This document shows positions 56,446-64,000 of a stretch of DNA of 64,000 nucleotides, piece after piece (position 1 is the first letter of the stretch; each line of letters starts with the position of its first letter). This DNA comes from Naegleria gruberi (taxonomy: Eukaryota), in NCBI GenBank assembly GCA_000004985.1, contig GG738885.1. One strand, written 5' to 3'. A program made the position numbers and the translations under genes. The notes below the pieces were generated by a model, which had not been told where the DNA came from, ran no database searches, and saw only the letters and a program-made list of their open reading frames with translations.

Positions 56446-59013
56446 TTAAAATTTAACTTTATGGAAATTCATGAAAAACGAGTATTGGTTGAACATTTCT
56501 TTGCCAGCAATATTATGAATCAAACATTTACCAATTATTTGATTTAGTGCAACATAGCCTGTTGTTACATGAATGTTTGAATCAATTAATCTATATCCAA
56601 TAATTGGATGAACCGAAGAGAGACACTTTTTGATGTTGGTGAAATATACTCTTTGCTCTTTAACCTCAACAAATTGACCAACAAGTAAGGAACCATCCTT
56701 TGCCTTAAATAAAATAAATTCTTTGTTTTGTACAATTGGAATCCATTTCTTGTTTTCAGATTGATTTCTTACCCAAGGATAATTGATGTTAATTTGTTTT
56801 TGAAGTTTTTCAAAATTCGCTCCTCGTTGTTCTAAATTTTTGTGATTGGAAGAGTCATTAAATTGTTTGAAAACTTTGTGTTTCAATTCAAAAAGCAATG
56901 CCCAGAAGAACCTGGCATTTCCCCACTTCAAACAATCTTCAAAAATATGAGAATTCCAATGAAAATTAGGATTTGTAAAATTACCATTACCATATAGGGA
57001 AATGACTTGTTTCCTGAAATTGAAATGTTTCAATTTTGCAATTTCAATATTTGAAGGTGAAACCAAATCTTGAATCAAAGAAAGTACGTATTCTACGTGA
57101 TTTGACCAACATATTATATGTTTCTTCTTCAAACTGAATGAAACATCACAGTGATTCTTATTATTAATAAGAAAATCATACATAATTGGGCAACTAAAAA
57201 CCACGAATTCCAAAAAATGATCTGCTGAACAATCATTGTAATCTTTTGCAATCATTTTCAAAGGTTTACCATGATTGTTTGTATACTTGTCCATAACAGA
57301 CTGAAAATCACTTAAAATGTTGGTGTAATTGAAATATTTGAAAAATTTTTTAAGGTGTCTCCTTAAATCACCTTGAATAGAACCATGCATTAATTCAACA
57401 GTTGAATTTTCAAAAATATCACAATCCTTAATTTGTAAAAACGGACACTTCATTTGAGTATTGTTACTTTGTCGAACTTTTTCTTTTACCTGTTTGGATT
57501 TTTTGGACTTGGAATCAATCTGCATATCTTTGATTTGAATATCAGCGACTGTAATAAACTTGTAGCCATTACATGAGGTACCAATTGATAATTTTTGTTG
57601 CATTTCAATTGCTTCAGTAACAGTTCTTAAAGGATAGACTAAAGGTGTTGAAATGTCATTAGGACATTTACAATAATCTCCTTTTGGGCATTTACATTTA
57701 GAACATGTATAGCTTTCAAGAAATAATGATAGCCATCTTTGTACAGAATCCCAAATCCAAGGACCTATTAGAATTCGAATCTTTTCAATTGAATCAGTGT
57801 AAGAGTTATAAACATCAATTGATTTTCCATTAATTTCATTCAACTCTTCAACTAGTTTTGTTGCTAATTTGAATTGGGAAATATTTGTTTTTGAATTTCC
57901 TAGTAATGAAATTGATTCCATATTCGAAGTAAGAAAGCTTCGATTAAAATTCAATAAGGTGAAATATAATCCTGCTGTTTTGTCTGTACCTGTTCTATGT
58001 TTTCTAAATTCATCAATATAATACATAATGACAATTGGTGTTTCGTCTGATGAACATTTCTTTTTCAATTCTTGAAATCCTTTTGATGCGTATGGTTCAT
58101 AATCGAATAATGGTTCTTTTGTTAAATCCTCTGGCTTATTACCATTATGTATCTTTTTTGCAATAAAAGGATCTGCATATAAATATTTGATACAATTTAC
58201 AACACCATAGTATACATATTGGTCCTGTTCAGTATCATTTTCATCAATTATTGGTTGTTGAGTTTTGAAATATTTACATCTGGTTTGAATTTGATCGTAT
58301 GAAAGACATTCTTGACCACATAATTTCAGTATTTCAGTTGTATAATTGTATTGTTCTTTTGTAAACTGTTTGGATTTCAACATCATGAAACTATGCCATT
58401 CTAATTCATTAGCGAATGGAGCAAACTTATTTGAAGGATCAGTTACTTTGTATGGGTTGTTGACAGAAAAATTTTCTAAAACTAAATCTTCAATATCTTC
58501 ATAAGGATTGACATCTTTCAAATTGATATCAGTATCATTTTGAATTTGTGAGATTTTCCACTTAATATCTGTTAGCTCTGTATTTTTATCAATTGGTGTC
58601 CATGTTGATTCAAAACCTCCACACTCCAATGTATGATGTTTAAAATTGATATGATCAACATATTCCTCCATTGTGGTGTAATGTTTATCACAACACACTT
58701 TTGGAAACTTGATGGAATGTTCTTTTGTAATATGTTTCAACAACGTTTCAGATTTGACACAACTATAATCACATAAACAACATCCAAGTTTTTCCTTAGT
58801 AAAATTTTTACACTCAGAGTTTTCACAGTTACATTTAATTTGAATCTTGAATTTTGCACTTGAAATTGGTTGGTAAAATACTGTGTGTAAAGATTTCTTG
58901 CAAGAATCACAGCGTCTTTCAAAATAGATACCTTGTTCCTTGTTATTTTGTAAAGACATTTTTTTTCGTCTAAAAACTGGCTTTCGACTGAAAATTCGAA
59001 TCAAAAAAAACAC
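56446..59013 (-). CDS. Transposase, CACTA/En-Spm Tnp2-like (Transposase_21/KDZ-type), 855 aa
   Basis: N-terminal Cys-rich region with C.C...C (CLCDYSC) resembles the transposase-associated domain. Central VELMHGSIQGDLRRHL resembles the D.MH.EKN block of Tnp2. The downstream AKDYNDCSADHFLEFVVFSCP resembles the ..SHDCHV.. block. The ORF is intronless. Confidence 0.5.
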   Translation of the reverse strand: MFFLIRIFSRKPVFRRKKMSLQNNKEQGIYFERRCDSCKKSLHTVFYQPISSAKFKIQIKCNCENSECKNFTKEKLGCCLCDYSCVKSETLLKHITKEHSIKFPKVCCDKHYTTMEEYVDHINFKHHTLECGGFESTWTPIDKNTELTDIKWKISQIQNDTDINLKDVNPYEDIEDLVLENFSVNNPYKVTDPSNKFAPFANELEWHSFMMLKSKQFTKEQYNYTTEILKLCGQECLSYDQIQTRCKYFKTQQPIIDENDTEQDQYVYYGVVNCIKYLYADPFIAKKIHNGNKPEDLTKEPLFDYEPYASKGFQELKKKCSSDETPIVIMYYIDEFRKHRTGTDKTAGLYFTLLNFNRSFLTSNMESISLLGNSKTNISQFKLATKLVEELNEINGKSIDVYNSYTDSIEKIRILIGPWIWDSVQRWLSLFLESYTCSKCKCPKGDYCKCPNDISTPLVYPLRTVTEAIEMQQKLSIGTSCNGYKFITVADIQIKDMQIDSKSKKSKQVKEKVRQSNNTQMKCPFLQIKDCDIFENSTVELMHGSIQGDLRRHLKKFFKYFNYTNILSDFQSVMDKYTNNHGKPLKMIAKDYNDCSADHFLEFVVFSCPIMYDFLINNKNHCDVSFSLKKKHIICWSNHVEYVLSLIQDLVSPSNIEIAKLKHFNFRKQVISLYGNGNFTNPNFHWNSHIFEDCLKWGNARFFWALLFELKHKVFKQFNDSSNHKNLEQRGANFEKLQKQININYPWVRNQSENKKWIPIVQNKEFILFKAKDGSLLVGQFVEVKEQRVYFTNIKKCLSSVHPIIGYRLIDSNIHVTTGYVALNQIIGKCLIHNIAGKEMFNQYSFFMNFHKVKF

Positions 59014-59087
59014 AATAAATGCCAGGTAAGTACTTCCACATCAACCTTGTAACTTTTCCATCAACTGCCAATTTTACATCATTTCAG

Positions 59088-59599
59088 CATCATCACCATC
59101 AGTAAAAGTAAGTAGTTTAGCACCATTTATTCAACATAAATTATTCTAATAACAAAGAAGAAGACTAAATTAACCATAACATGTTTACCAGAAGCCACAT
59201 ATGAAAAGTTGGCTGACTGTTATCCCAAGGCTGCAGTGGGATGGAAGGATACTCAACGAGCGTAAGTAAGCAAATTGTTAGTTATTTATTTGATTTTATA
59301 TAGACTAAAAAGAGAAGTTATGCAATGTATTCGAATTTACTGTAAGCGAAAAGGGATTCCCCAAAATGATACTGCCATGAGTTCATGTAAAGATTGTCTG
59401 CAATTAACTTTTGGTGAAACATTGTTCAGAAAACATGTTAATGGATTGTCAACGGATACATATAAATACGTGCAAAGTATGTAAGTGAAGTTTATCCTTA
59501 AATTATTTATTAATTATTTTCCAACAATTAATTAGAGCTATTGTTATGTCAGTAAGATATTCAGCAATCTGTGGAGTTCTTTTAAAAGAAAGAGTCTAA
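59088..59599 (+). CDS. Small spliced gene of unknown function (at least 3 introns). Its 5' end is unresolved.
   Basis: Exons at ~59088-59107, 59192-59261, 59304-59480 and 59536-59599 are joined by GTAAGT..AG introns of 84, 42 and 55 nt. The encoded protein reads ..KATYEKLADCYPKAAVGWKDTQRALKREVMQCIRIYCKRKGIPQNDTAMSSCKDCLQLTFGETLFRKHVNGLSTDTYKYVQSIAIVMSV.. A putative first exon (ATG 59019 plus a 62-nt intron) does not fit the phase. Confidence 0.4.
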
Positions 59600-60938
59600 T
59601 AGAATTAAAGAAAAAAGAGAAGCCAAAAAGAAAGAAGAATTCCAATGTAGAAGTTTCTAATATAGAAGGGGTTCCATCCTCAATTCAAGCAACAGCTATT
59701 CAACCTTCTACCTCTTCACCAACAAGAGAACATGTCAGAGCCAACAATGGTCAATTCTCTTCATTGCAGAGCTATGTTGCAGAAGATGAACAAGTTGTTT
59801 TTTTAACACTTGTTAAAGATTGGATCAAAAAACCTGACACAAGAGCAACACAACCTTCAGCAGACGCAATTAATTTGCTTGATATGGAATCAGATGGTGC
59901 AGATCTTTATTCAGATAATGGTCAATCAGACTCAGAAGAAGCACAACAATTGTAAATAAATAAATCAGTTTTACTCAAATTATGAAAATTGTAATGGTCA
60001 ACAGAGTAAATTAAGGGAAACTTTCAGTCAAATACCAACACACTAAAAGCCGCATAGAAACTGAATGTTCACCGAATAGTCACTGAATGTTTACCATATA
60101 ATAACTGAATGGTTACTGAATATTTATTGAATAGTTACCCACCAATTTCATTCCTTTACCCAACAATCAACCGACTACCAACCAACTAACACTGAACTAA
60201 AACGGTCAGGAGAGTATGGGCTGATATTCGATTAATTTCTGGAAAATCGTTCAGTTGTTTTCGGAAACAAGTTGGGGAAAATTAGGGTTGTAGTCGGTGA
60301 TAGTAGGGTTGTGGATGGGGTTTAGACGGAACATAGCCAACTAAAAACCAACTATAACACTGTCTATTACCCAAGTACTCCACTCTTAGGACAAGGATAC
60401 GCCACAACAATGCATCCTTGAATAATAATAGTAGCATGCTCATTATTGGAATAACAGGTGTGGATTCGGAATAGTGGATTTTGCTTGAATTCTTCAGAGG
60501 TAAATTACAAGAAATTCTCTGGGGATGAATCGTTATAATTTAACCAATTCGTTGAATTGCTGATCTTAACATTAAATAATCTGTATGGAATGGATCCACT
60601 AATCTCTTGTTGCATCACCATTTGAATCTCCATAGGAAATGGTTAAAATCTCTTCATCATTAAGAGAGTCGTTATATTTTTTTTAAGGCGCGAAATTCTT
60701 TTTCGCAAGTTGTATAATTCTGGAATGTTTCTAGTTGATGTACACAAATCATTGTACTATCCATGGAAGGAGACCTTGGAAATGACGAGTATAAGATAAG
60801 CTGTAGTGACACAATCAGGATGTGCTCAATACTCTCCATAGAATAACTAACAGCATGGTTTCATGAAATGGAATGTGGACTACACTTGCAATATGCTGGT
60901 CATCAACTGCATCACGTCTTGTGTTGGGGTGCTTCGCT

Positions 60939-61543
60939 TTAAGTGTTTATTAAGGTAAGGTTCATTTTACGACTTTGCCATTTAGAAGCGGTAATGCCAA
61001 GATCAACAGCATAGGACAAGATACGGAGTGCCATATTCTTTTGAATTGTTTTTAGAGTTCCACCTTCATCGACCTTAAACTTCTTCTCATTTTCATCACT
61101 GGTGCTGACCATTGGAAAAACAACTCCATTCTTGAATGTTGAGGTAATTAATTTCTGGATTTCTTCAAATTCTGGACTCTCTGAAAGCCCTGCTAACAAC
61201 TGACCTTCATCTTTAACTGTTTCGAAGGTGGATCCCTTCCAATTCAAGATAACTCCTTCAAAACCCAAATAACGACTGGAATAATTGTCAAATTTGGTTA
61301 TCACAAACATTATTCTAATTGAATGAAGTTCAACACATTGTCGATTTTTCCAGCCAAAATTTTCTTGAATTCTTCAATTGATTTGACATGGGCAACATCT
61401 ATTGTAAAGATAACCAACTGAATTCTATTCTCTTCATCGTGATTGTTTGGAATAGTTTCACTTCCGAGAAATTGTTTTTTTGGATCAATAAGGCCCCTGA
61501 ATAAGTGTTCAAAATAATTCTTGGCAGGTTCTTTTTGAATCAC
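60939..61543 (-). CDS. Hypothetical protein encoded by two abutting ORFs (61543..61310 and 61310..60939) in different frames
   Basis: The upstream stop and the downstream ATG overlap as TAATG at 61310. The combined ~200-aa product has no family I recognise. Confidence 0.35.
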
Positions 61544-61790
61544 ACCATTTGTTTTTAAGGTGTTGATGAATCACGTTTCGGATTTCTTTGTAATGAATCA
61601 CGTTCAGAATTTTGGAATGGATCACGTTTCGAATCTAATTGAAAGTAACATGACAACAAGCTTGTTTCAAACAAGAAAACAAAAAATGGGATCAACAACA
61701 TCTACCCTCTATTACTATGCAGAAAACGATGATTTCGATCGTATTCAAAAGAAATCTCTAACAGTTATTATTATGATGCATCTGGTATTT

Positions 61791-61840
61791 NNNNNNNNNN
61801 NNNNNNNNNNNNNNNNNNNNNNNNNNNNNNNNNNNNNNNN
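61791..61840. other. Assembly gap (50 N)
   Basis: Run of n. Confidence 0.99.
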
Positions 61841-63083
61841 GGAATTAGGTATACGTGGAAAGAAGACATGTTAAAGGAATTCTTGAAAAAGGATGAAACT
61901 AGTTGATGTTTCTTCTTGCACTGATAGGATTCTTTGCTTTGGTGATTTCTTTATTGATTTCTGCAGAATCAAATGCTCCAAATCCAGAAACAAAAGTTGA
62001 CAATGAAATCCATAAGAATAACACAAGCCAGATTACAATCACGTTTGCCACTAAAGATATAGATTGGATAAACTGTCAATCATGAAACAAAGACTGAAAC
62101 CAGCCCTTCAAATAATAGCCCTTCCACAGATTTGAATCTTCCAAGTAATGGTAAAGAAGAATTAAATCAACAAGACAATTGCCCTGAAATCTCCAATGAA
62201 AGTAATCCTCCTTTAGATAATGGCCCTTCCACCAATTTGAACCAAATAAGCACTAACCAAGTTTCGAATCAACAAGAAATAATCGGTAATAGAGAAGGGA
62301 GAGAGATGGCCATAAAATTATTATAGAACAAATCTCTTGTCCAAATAAAAATTATGACATGGTGCTCAAGTTTTGAAAAATTGTCACTTTTACAATGTGA
62401 AATTAAAATCTCATAAAATTGAGCAAGTGACATGGCTCCACGAAATGAAGAGTATCATTATATCACCAAGAGAACATTTCAGGGAATTTTTTACAAATTT
62501 AAATAATTTGTAAGAAAGGTAAGATTCGAATTTGTTGAACAAACAAATAAATAATTAAATTATTATTGTTCGTGCCATGAATTGCACTTTCGCATACATC
62601 ACAGTGTTGGAACCATTCGTAAATGGCTCGTAATGGACATGTAGATACCTTTTTTGTTATCTGAAACATTGTTTTCGTATGGATAGCAAATATCTCATAG
62701 TTCATTTGCCATTTATATGCTAAGCGAGCTTTTTGGATAGTGCGAGGACTCTGGTGATTGCAAGGGAGATTTCAAGGATACAAACTTTCGAATAATACTA
62801 TTGGAAAGGATCATAATTAGAATGTTTTTTTGTTTCAATCAAAAATGATTAACTGACAAAGATTTGATATTAACATTCGAGGTTGACAACAAGAATGCAA
62901 TTCATTCAATATTTGATATAATTGTTAATAGTATTCGTTTGGGAGATTGTCGAATATTAATATTCGAAACTCCATGTTTAAGCAAGGTCCAAAAATGCTT
63001 GGTATTGAAATTAAATACAAACAACTTTACCCCATTTGTCCTATGCGAATCCTTCAATCAATTGAAAAAAAAGAAACCACATC

Positions 63084-63338
63084 ATGCTTCTCCACAATCT
63101 ATTCGAAACTCTTATAACTAATCTTCTACTCTCCATTTACATGTCAACCATAATAGACTTGGATTTTATAGAAGAAGCCCACGAGTATACAATATCAAAT
63201 TTTTCAAATATTGGTAATTACTCTTTACCTAATGGTGACATTTTCCAAATTGAGAAATTAAGTGATCCTTCCATGGTTATTGTAAACTTGCATTTCCATC
63301 AGACGATATTTGATATCAAATATTTTCAAATGCTGTGA
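63084..63338 (+). CDS. Small (84 aa) ORF, paralog of 55881..56129
   Basis: Shared C-terminal block VIVNLHFHQTIFDIKY; start ATG at 63084. Confidence 0.35.
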   Translation: MLLHNLFETLITNLLLSIYMSTIIDLDFIEEAHEYTISNFSNIGNYSLPNGDIFQIEKLSDPSMVIVNLHFHQTIFDIKYFQML

Positions 63339-63557
63339 GAACAAGTAGTGGATGCAACCAAGGATTTTTTGAATATTACAATGTAAATAACGAACGGTAT
63401 TTTTCAAGATGAGGAAAGTACAATAACAAACCTTCAAAATAAATCAAATTCTAACAAATGTCGAACAATAAGTTTTTATCCAAAATACATCAAGTTCTCT
63501 ACTTGAGATTAAGGAACGAGATCGTTCATTACGAAAATTCATATTCAGAACAATGTA

Positions 63558-63630
63558 GCCCGTCTAGCTCAGTCGGTAGAGCGCAAGGCTCTTAACCTTG
63601 TGGTCGTGGGTTCGACCCCCACGGTGGGCG
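63558..63630 (+). tRNA. tRNA-Lys (anticodon CUU), 73 nt, no intron
   Basis: Manual cloverleaf. Acceptor GCCCGTC/GGTGGGC with G-U pairs; D-arm GCTC-AGTCGGTA-GAGC; anticodon stem CAAGG/CCTTG with loop CTCTTAA (anticodon CTT); variable loop TGGTC; T-arm GTGGG-TTCGACC-CCCAC; discriminator G. Confidence 0.9.
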
Positions 63631-63766
63631 TTTCATATTTTAATATTTTTCGATTCATTTTCCTCCACCTTAATTCATATTTTAGGTCGACTCTCATTTT
63701 ATTATTTTAGTTTGTATCTCATTTGGCATTTAAGCAAACAGAAAGATTTATTGTTGATTTGATTTA

Positions 63767-64000
63767 CAATTTGTTGGAATTTTTTTCAACATATTCCTTA
63801 ACATGTTCTCTTGGTGTGAAATAAAGTGGATACTTTTCAGAATCAATATATAATAAGGATTGATCCAATGATGATGGTGGCATTTCATTTCCATTATCGT
63901 GAGATAATTTGAAATGTCTAATTGCATTGATAATTGCAAAATGAATTTCAGTAAGAGCAATTCTTGATCCTGGACATTTTCTAGCACCAACTCCAAATCT
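63767..64000 (-). CDS. Cytochrome P450, C-terminal fragment (the gene continues beyond the window end)
   Basis: The minus-strand frame reads RFGVGARKCPGSRIALTEIHFAIINAIRHF.., matching the heme-binding signature FG.G.R.C.G. Stop TAA at 63764-63766. The track ORF 63748..63996 is in a different, spurious frame. Confidence 0.6.

Larger units (their letters stand above)
56325..60391. mobile_element. Candidate CACTA/En-Spm-superfamily (Tnp2/KDZ-like) DNA transposon carrying a transposase and a small spliced second gene. Boundaries are tentative.
   Basis: The 12-bp CCCTAAGAGTGG at 56325-56336 is an 11/12 inverted match to CCACTCTTAGGA at 60380-60391. Relatively GC-rich subterminal direct-repeat-like motifs (gtag[tc][cg]gg) lie inside both ends, at 56330-56410 and 60270-60330. 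The interior encodes a Tnp2-like transposase. Confidence 0.35.

Noticed and set aside
62499-62760. Minus-strand ORF with CNH...CPL..YEWF resembling the end of an Rbx1/APC11-type RING-H2
   Set aside because: Only a partial motif, with no upstream exon found to complete the eight zinc ligands. It is probably chance.
1-64000. Ciliate (Paramecium-like) origin suggested by the TTTGGG telomere
   Set aside because: A 4,433-codon ORF and many others are free of TAA/TAG under the standard code, which is incompatible with ciliates that reassign TAA/TAG to Gln. The intron lengths (38-60 nt with GTAAGT) and the gene content do not fit either.

Overview
This is a 64-kb window at a chromosome (or scaffold) end of an AT-rich unicellular eukaryote. 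It uses the standard genetic code: a 13-kb ORF runs with no stop. Many genes are intronless; others carry very short GTAAGT..AG introns of 38-62 nt, and one intron is about 225 nt. Proteins are frequently N/Q/S/T-rich. The gene content is most reminiscent of an amoebozoan or dictyostelid-like protist, but I cannot assign the organism. That content includes RWP-RK mini-proteins, RGS domains, DUF4116, pentapeptide+TLDc, tenascin-type EGF giants, CobW, C2orf69 and SAM. I found no prokaryotic-style defence or CRISPR system. Position 1 begins a telomeric (CCCAAA)n array (G-strand TTTGGG). A ~440-bp telomere-associated element and a second interstitial telomere tract follow, and the [telomere tract + element] module is tandemly duplicated. 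Three assembly gaps (N runs) lie in the first 5.5 kb. From 6.8 to 23.3 kb the minus strand carries one giant gene of ~16.4 kb (~5,400 aa). It encodes a signal peptide, beta-propeller-like blades with six tiny introns, tenascin-type EGF arrays, and three tandem ~4.15-kb (~1,385-aa) super-repeats. Each super-repeat ends in a GPS-like Cys motif, followed by one TM helix and a short tail. The rest of the window is a gene-dense subtelomeric block rich in paralogous families: a DUF4116 protein; a RING-coiled-coil-BTB(KCTD9-like)-pentapeptide-repeat-TLDc gene split by apparent 1-nt frameshifts; a TPR-CobW GTPase; two copies of an unknown family; two receptor-like 2TM-sensor+RGS proteins; four tandem minimal RWP-RK (MID/RKD-like) genes interleaved with a secreted AA11-type LPMO-LysM-CBM2-like GPI protein; a C2orf69/UPF0565 homolog; a TPR protein; an RGS+START protein; a SAM protein; a Pmp3-like proteolipid; a candidate CACTA/Tnp2-like DNA transposon (transposase plus a small spliced gene, possible 12-bp TIRs); two small ~83-aa paralogous ORFs; a tRNA-Lys(CUU); and the 3' end of a cytochrome P450 running off the window. 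Several coding regions are broken by single-base homopolymer frameshifts, most likely sequence errors and possibly genuine pseudogenisation. Note that the supplied ORF track uses alternative start codons (TTG), so some starts were moved to the first ATG.
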